Origin: Candidatus Ratteibacteria bacterium
GTDB taxonomy: Bacteria > Ratteibacteria > UBA8468 > B48-G9 > JAFGKM01
Length of the DNA: 14,529 nucleotides
Reading direction: 5' to 3'
Assembly (NCBI GenBank): GCA_046296715.1
Contig: JBKBIN010000034.1
Coordinates: 1-14,529, forward strand
Shown: positions 8,963-14,529 of the stretch, one piece after another
Position numbering within the stretch: position 1 is the first letter of the stretch
How the letters are laid out: the number at the start of each line of letters is the position of its first letter
Notes under the pieces: model-generated
The model's database searches: none
The model's input: only the letters and a program-made list of their open reading frames with translations
What the model was told of the DNA's origin: nothing
Translations under genes and position numbers: made by a program

Positions 8963-10378
8963 TTATGTCTTTTTTGGAAGTGTTAAATTCCCTTTAAAAC
9001 CAAAAATTTCTGCTTTTTTTAAATAAAATTTTAATCTTACATTTCCATCTAATCTTAAAAGCGAATTTTTAAACTTGATGGGTGCAAGAATATAATCTCC
9101 AGAAACAGGAATACAATTTTCTCTTTCACATCCTGAAATTACTTTATTATCTTCAAGAATTTCAACTTGAACATATCCATTAGGTGCTTTCAAATTAACA
9201 AAAATCTCAGGTATTCCAGAAATATAAAGTGGACAAGTTATTATATATCCTTCATTTTCTGCTTTCAATGAGATAAATCTATCAAGTCCTATTTTACCAG
9301 TCCCAATACCTCCTTTACTTGCAACCCAGTGTTCTCCTTCTTTTCCGCCATACCAGAACCTTAATTCATTACCTTCAACTACAGGATAAATTGTCATAAG
9401 AGTCATACCAGAATCCCACTGTCCTTTTTCCCCTCTTGGTATAAAAGCTTTTCTATCTCCTACTCTATTCCAGTTAATTAGATCTCTACTAAAAGTAAGT
9501 TGAACCTCAAGAGGTCCTTTTGATAGAGATGGGTCAACATCAAAAATCTGCAAAAATCCAATATAACCATGTCCATAAGATAAAATAAACATTTTGTAAA
9601 ATTCTCTATTTTCAGGGTCTTTTTCATCTGGTTCAAGAATTGTTGTCATTGGTGTCCAATGAATTAAATCCCTGCTTTTACTAATTGCTATATGTCTTTT
9701 CTTTTTCATCCCAAGTCTTGAGTAAATATTATATTGTTGATACGACCTTGTTGTAATCAAATAACATTTTTCTACTGGATTCCACATAAAACAATGAGCA
9801 TCTCCATCATAAGGTAAAACAGGAGGAAAATGAAAATCCCAGTTTATACCATCTTTACTGAAAGCAACTGTTATACCATGAAAATAAAGTTTATCATCAA
9901 ATCTTGAAAAATTACTACAAACAATTTCTGCATCAATTTCATTTGAATAATTAGGAACAACGCAACCAAAATCAATACTTAAAGCAGGATATTTAGGGAA
10001 ATTTATTATATTATTTGCAGAACTACCATTGAACCATACCTGATTTAATTCTGGTTTTATCCAATTTATACCATCTGGACTTTCTGCAAGGCATAAATAA
10101 GAGCCAAACCTTCCGTATACCTGATAATAACAGATATATTTTTCTTTTTCAACATCATACACAATACTTGAATAAAAAGGGTCATAGATATAACCACAAT
10201 CAAAATCTGCTAAATAACTTTCCCATAATCTATCTGTTTTAATAACTGGATTTTTCTCATATTTTTCAATTTGATAAAAAATTTTTTTTACACCATCTGC
10301 CTGTTCAATAAGTTTTTCGTCAACAAAAACAAACTTATTAATATCTGCGAAATTCTGCTGTATAAATTTCCTTTCCAT
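8963..10378 (-). CDS. Putative five-bladed beta-propeller glycoside hydrolase (GH32/43/117/130-like fold) with C-terminal beta-sandwich
   Basis: Four Asp-box-like repeats (SPDGINW, SKDGINW, SRDLIHW, SRDLINW), plus KNPVI and GQWDSG. No signal peptide. Confidence 0.75.
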   Translation of the reverse strand: MERKFIQQNFADINKFVFVDEKLIEQADGVKKIFYQIEKYEKNPVIKTDRLWESYLADFDCGYIYDPFYSSIVYDVEKEKYICYYQVYGRFGSYLCLAESPDGINWIKPELNQVWFNGSSANNIINFPKYPALSIDFGCVVPNYSNEIDAEIVCSNFSRFDDKLYFHGITVAFSKDGINWDFHFPPVLPYDGDAHCFMWNPVEKCYLITTRSYQQYNIYSRLGMKKKRHIAISKSRDLIHWTPMTTILEPDEKDPENREFYKMFILSYGHGYIGFLQIFDVDPSLSKGPLEVQLTFSRDLINWNRVGDRKAFIPRGEKGQWDSGMTLMTIYPVVEGNELRFWYGGKEGEHWVASKGGIGTGKIGLDRFISLKAENEGYIITCPLYISGIPEIFVNLKAPNGYVQVEILEDNKVISGCERENCIPVSGDYILAPIKFKNSLLRLDGNVRLKFYLKKAEIFGFKGNLTLPKKT

Positions 10379-10383
10379 TTTAC

Positions 10384-13300
10384 TTATTCTATCTCAAATA
10401 CAAAATCCTTACTAATTCCAGAAATAATTTCTTTAACTCTTAATATATATTTACCTTCTTTTTCATTTAAAGCAAAATAAACATTCCCTTTGGTTTTTCC
10501 CTTTTCTCCTTTTAAATTTTCCATATAATGTTTTATTTCTTTCCCTTCAGGTGAGATAATATTTACATTAAAAATATGTGTTTCTGGTGCATTTGGGTCT
10601 GTTTGAAGTTCAATTTCATAATTTAAAACCTCTCCCTTTTTAATTTTTTTTGGTGAATTAATTTTTAAATCATTTATTTTATATGGAAGAAAACCTATTA
10701 TCTTTGCCTCTTCTGGTCCAACTTTTATATTAAGTGTATCACTGAAACCTAAGTATTTCCCTTGCCTAATATCATAAATGTGAAACTTTTCAGGTAGTGT
10801 TAATTTACATTCTTTTTCTTCTCCTTCTCTCCATCCAGAAATTATTCCAAGATATTTATGAGAACCAAGTTTATATCTATATGGAGTAAAACCAACCTCC
10901 ATATTATCTGGCTCATATTTTATCTCTTTTCCAATACTCGCTATTTCCTCCATTATTTTATTTAGAATATTCCTTATTCCAGGCATATTTTCATCAGGAT
11001 AATTTTTAAAACTTAAATTTAACAAAATCCCTTTCCCTTTTCCATAATTATTAAATATAAAAACAGGGGTATTTTCTATACTTTCTTTTGCTATCCCTTT
11101 ATTTAAACTTATTGAAGAATCAAGGTGTATTATTGGTAAGTTGGACACAAATTCTCCATATTTTATATCAAAATTTTCTAATTTTTTTACCACAAAATTT
11201 TCTGTATTCTGTTTTATACCAAAAATTTCATCAAGAATTCCTCCATTTTTATAAAAAATCCCATTCTCATCACAAACACCTACTCTTATATCAGCAATAA
11301 CTATTCCACCATTATTGACAAAAGAAGTAATCTCTTTTGCCTGTTTCTGTGAAATTGATTGAGTATATGGAAGAAGCAAAACTCTAAATTTTTCTTTATT
11401 TAAAATACCTTCTTCAAGTTGCTTATATGATATTATCCGGAATTGATAACCACTTGTTTCAAAATATCTGACAAAAAAGTTTAAGTTTTCACAAATGCAA
11501 GGAAGTTGTGGAGTTAAAGCAGAAGCATGAACACTTGTATTTGAATATAAAATACCTATTTTATCATCCTCTCTTTTACAATTCATAAACAGTTTACCAA
11601 TTCCTCTCTTTATTTCTGGCAATTGTTCAACATAAGGTTTAAAATATTCATAAAAAGAAAGGTCTGGAGAAACAACTGATTGTTCTCTTGGAGGCCCATG
11701 CCATATCCAGATACTGTTGGCTCCAAAGAAAACAACCTGCCATGGTTGAATCTTTCTATTTTTTATCCCTGGTCCATATGAACCCTGCCATCCAAGTCCT
11801 AAAAGAGAATTCTCTTTTGAAAAATCCTTAAATGCATATCTTATAAATGGATGGCTATATGGATTATTTAAATCCATAACTTGGGAAAGTTTATAATAAT
11901 CCTCAGCAGTAAAACTATTTGTAAAATTATAACCTCTTTGGCTTCCTTCATATCCAGTTTTAGCATCTGGAACAATAGATTTAACTATTTCCCTTGCATA
12001 TGCAAAAATACTTGCCCATGTATCTTCCATAAAAATTCTATAATTTATCCATAATGGTCTTAATTTTGGATTTTCAATCGCTTCTTTATATGTAACTGGT
12101 TTAATCTCTTCAAATGATTTATAATCTGTCTTCCAGATTTGATTTAGATTTCTTATATTACCATATTTATCCTCTAAATATTCATGAAATTTTGAAACGC
12201 ATCTATCACACCAGCAAAGTTCATATCTATCATATGGGGGTCTCCAACTTGCAAAATGGCATTCATCTCCAAGAGAAAACTCAAATGCTGAAAAATTTAA
12301 TTCATTCTCAATTTTCCCTTTTAAATTTTTTTCAACTTTTGATAGATACTCAGGATCATTTAAACATGGTTGTCTTATATGGTCTTCTGGTTTTCTATCC
12401 ATTGTTCCCCATGGGTCTGTTTTTAAATCTACAAATCTTTCAGGATTTGAAACATACCATAAGTTTTCTAATATAGCAGTTAAACCAATACCTGTATAAT
12501 ATCTTGAATCAAAACCAGATTCATAAATATTTCTGCAATACCATCTTTCTGCATAAGGAAGATTATAATAAGGAAACCATAAAATTGCTCTGAAATCATC
12601 TTTTGGTCTTAAATTTGAAATTGAAAAGTATTTTATATTTCTATCAACTATATCATCCTCTCTGAAAAGTTCAAACTTTAACCATTGAAGTATTGAAAAA
12701 TAAAATTTTGGTGGAGAAATTTTAAAACTTATTTTTTTCTCATTTATCTTTTCACCTTTAAAATCATAAACTGTTTCATTCTGCAACCTTCCAAAATTAT
12801 CAACCAAACTTATTTTTAACTTCAGATTGTCTTTCCCTTCTTTACTTATTATATTCACTTCTCCATTAATCTCTTCTTCCTTTTTATAACTTTTATTTAT
12901 TAAAATCTCTCCTATGTAATCATTTGAATTTACTTCAATGAAAGAACTACCAAAATTTATAATCTTTTCATTTTCTTTAACCCATATATCAGCAAAATAA
13001 TTTCCTTTCGGTATTTTACTTTTTATTTCAAACTTAACCTTATTTTCTCCTTTTTTTAAATTTAAATCTTTTTTTTCCAAAAAAATTATCTCATTATCAT
13101 CATTTCTTAAAAGGAATTCACATCTAACTTTTCTTTGCTCATCCGATTTCAGGACAAATTCAATATCAGAAAAAGAATTTATATCAGGATTTATATAGTC
13201 ACTTCCTGAAATTTCTATCTCTGTTTTTTTTACATAAGAAATCATAAGTTGAATTATATAAGAAAGAAGATAATCATATTCTAAATATTTTGTTTCAAGA

Positions 13301-14016
13301 GGGCTCCTTACACTTCCAGGTGTTAAATTTTGAAAATGCGGAACAGAATATCCTTTCAAAAGTAAAATTTTACCATTTCCATAAGAATAAACTTCAAGAG
13401 TTGAATTTATGAAATCTCCGAAATCCTTATAATTTTTAAACTGTGGAAGTCCTTTAAACGGATATAAAAATTTCCTATCAAAACTAATTTTATTTTCAGC
13501 CGCTTTTTTTAAATCTTCTGACTTTATATCATCTCCTAATTTACTACCATACCAATCACCAAAATATGCTAAAAGTATTGTTCCTTCATTATTTACTTTA
13601 TCTAAAATCATATCCCTAAATCTTTGAGGGAAAACAATCCATCTTACTTTACCAAGAACAATGATATCATATTTCTTTTTAAGTAGTTCCTCTAAGTAGT
13701 TTTGATATTCCTGGTCAGAAACAGATACTGGCTTATAATAACCTGACCATACTTGAAATTTATCAGGTGTTGCAATTGTAAAAATTTCATAATTTATATC
13801 CATTCTTTGAGAAAGTTCAATTATTTCTCTAAAACCACCATCTCGCCTATATGTAATCCAAAGTATATTAATCTTTCCATTCTTATAAGGTTTTAGAAAT
13901 TTTATATGTGGAGTAATAAGGTCTGTTTTTGGTTTAAAATAATCAGTTTGATACCAAGGCACTTGTGAAAATAGAAAATTTATTGAAAATATAAAAATAG
14001 AGATTATTTTTTTCAT
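10384..14016 (-). CDS. Large secreted GH42-like protein (beta-galactosidase catalytic plus trimerization-like domains)
   Basis: Signal peptide, PCLNDPEY, FSLGDE, CWCDRC and LNQIWKTDYKSFEEI. Trimerization-like FRVLLLPYTQSIS...FVNNGGIVIAD, and a C-terminal Ig/MG2-like segment. SD AAGGGGG. Confidence 0.75.
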   Translation of the reverse strand: MKKIISIFIFSINFLFSQVPWYQTDYFKPKTDLITPHIKFLKPYKNGKINILWITYRRDGGFREIIELSQRMDINYEIFTIATPDKFQVWSGYYKPVSVSDQEYQNYLEELLKKKYDIIVLGKVRWIVFPQRFRDMILDKVNNEGTILLAYFGDWYGSKLGDDIKSEDLKKAAENKISFDRKFLYPFKGLPQFKNYKDFGDFINSTLEVYSYGNGKILLLKGYSVPHFQNLTPGSVRSPLETKYLEYDYLLSYIIQLMISYVKKTEIEISGSDYINPDINSFSDIEFVLKSDEQRKVRCEFLLRNDDNEIIFLEKKDLNLKKGENKVKFEIKSKIPKGNYFADIWVKENEKIINFGSSFIEVNSNDYIGEILINKSYKKEEEINGEVNIISKEGKDNLKLKISLVDNFGRLQNETVYDFKGEKINEKKISFKISPPKFYFSILQWLKFELFREDDIVDRNIKYFSISNLRPKDDFRAILWFPYYNLPYAERWYCRNIYESGFDSRYYTGIGLTAILENLWYVSNPERFVDLKTDPWGTMDRKPEDHIRQPCLNDPEYLSKVEKNLKGKIENELNFSAFEFSLGDECHFASWRPPYDRYELCWCDRCVSKFHEYLEDKYGNIRNLNQIWKTDYKSFEEIKPVTYKEAIENPKLRPLWINYRIFMEDTWASIFAYAREIVKSIVPDAKTGYEGSQRGYNFTNSFTAEDYYKLSQVMDLNNPYSHPFIRYAFKDFSKENSLLGLGWQGSYGPGIKNRKIQPWQVVFFGANSIWIWHGPPREQSVVSPDLSFYEYFKPYVEQLPEIKRGIGKLFMNCKREDDKIGILYSNTSVHASALTPQLPCICENLNFFVRYFETSGYQFRIISYKQLEEGILNKEKFRVLLLPYTQSISQKQAKEITSFVNNGGIVIADIRVGVCDENGIFYKNGGILDEIFGIKQNTENFVVKKLENFDIKYGEFVSNLPIIHLDSSISLNKGIAKESIENTPVFIFNNYGKGKGILLNLSFKNYPDENMPGIRNILNKIMEEIASIGKEIKYEPDNMEVGFTPYRYKLGSHKYLGIISGWREGEEKECKLTLPEKFHIYDIRQGKYLGFSDTLNIKVGPEEAKIIGFLPYKINDLKINSPKKIKKGEVLNYEIELQTDPNAPETHIFNVNIISPEGKEIKHYMENLKGEKGKTKGNVYFALNEKEGKYILRVKEIISGISKDFVFEIE

Positions 14017-14030
14017 TTTATCCCCCTTTT

Positions 14031-14529
14031 TTAAATTATATAAATTTTTTCTCTTTCAAATGGAAAATAAGGAATCCTAAAATCCCAGTATTTTCCTATC
14101 TCTTTTTCATCACCAGCAAAAAGAGAATAAATAATTGCTTTATTTGCTTTAATTTTAAATCTTATATCTCTGTTAGTAGTTTTTAATATATCTGTATTAC
14201 CTTTCCATTTACATTTATGAAAAAGTGAGTTACCAGTTATAGGTATTGAATTTTCTATCTCAAATCCTTCAATAGGTTTACCAGATATATCTGTAATTTC
14301 TACCATTAAATAACCTTTAATATCAGCATTAACAAAAAATTTCCCTGTCTCAGTCCAAAAAGGTCTTGTTATAAGTAGTCCATCATCACAAACCAATCCA
14401 ACAAATCTATCTGGTTTAATAGAAGCAAATCCAATACCACTTCTCGGTTCTGGTTTATCCCATTCTTTTAAACTTTTTCCATGTTTTGCTCTTTGTCCAG
14501 CATAATAAAAACGAATCTCATTTTCAAGA
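14031..14529 (-). CDS. C-terminal part of a beta-propeller GH-like protein, paralog of 8963-10378 (starts beyond the window)
   Basis: The frame is open to the window edge: LENEIRFYYAGQRAKHG...GIGFASIKPDRFVGLVCDDGLLITRPF aligns with EGNELRFWYGG...GIGTGKIGLDRFISLKAENEGYIITCPL. The TTG at 14396 is an internal codon. Confidence 0.85.
   Translation of the reverse strand, partial: LENEIRFYYAGQRAKHGKSLKEWDKPEPRSGIGFASIKPDRFVGLVCDDGLLITRPFWTETGKFFVNADIKGYLMVEITDISGKPIEGFEIENSIPITGNSLFHKCKWKGNTDILKTTNRDIRFKIKANKAIIYSLFAGDEKEIGKYWDFRIPYFPFEREKIYII

Noticed and set aside
14394..14396. TTG start of the 121-aa ORF in the track
   Set aside because: The frame is open to the window end, and similarity to the 471-aa paralog continues upstream.

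Overview
AT-rich, gene-dense core-chromosome window from a bacterium, with most genes on the minus strand. No mobile element, CRISPR array or defence island is visible. The centre holds a stand-alone 16S rRNA gene (about 3699-5270, minus). It has a consensus promoter, boxA, a 21-bp processing stem and a terminator, but no linked tRNA, 23S or 5S. Upstream lies a 63-aa TM/Pro-rich small-protein gene with its own consensus promoter and a 13-nt SD. Downstream is a dnaJ-cutA-FAH operon. The left end has a Gfo/Idh/MocA oxidoreductase (partial), a degenerate receiver-domain protein and a divergent XRE regulator. The right half has a nitroreductase, tRNA-Pro(GGG) abutting the stop codon of an AcsE-like methyltransferase, a secreted GH-like protein, a zincin, and a CAZyme-like operon (two paralogous beta-propeller proteins flanking a 1210-aa GH42-like protein). 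Many first genes look leaderless. The gene families suggest a PVC-affiliated, possibly thermophilic, uncultured lineage; this is inference and was not tested. Functional calls rest on motif recognition by eye, and no searches were run.
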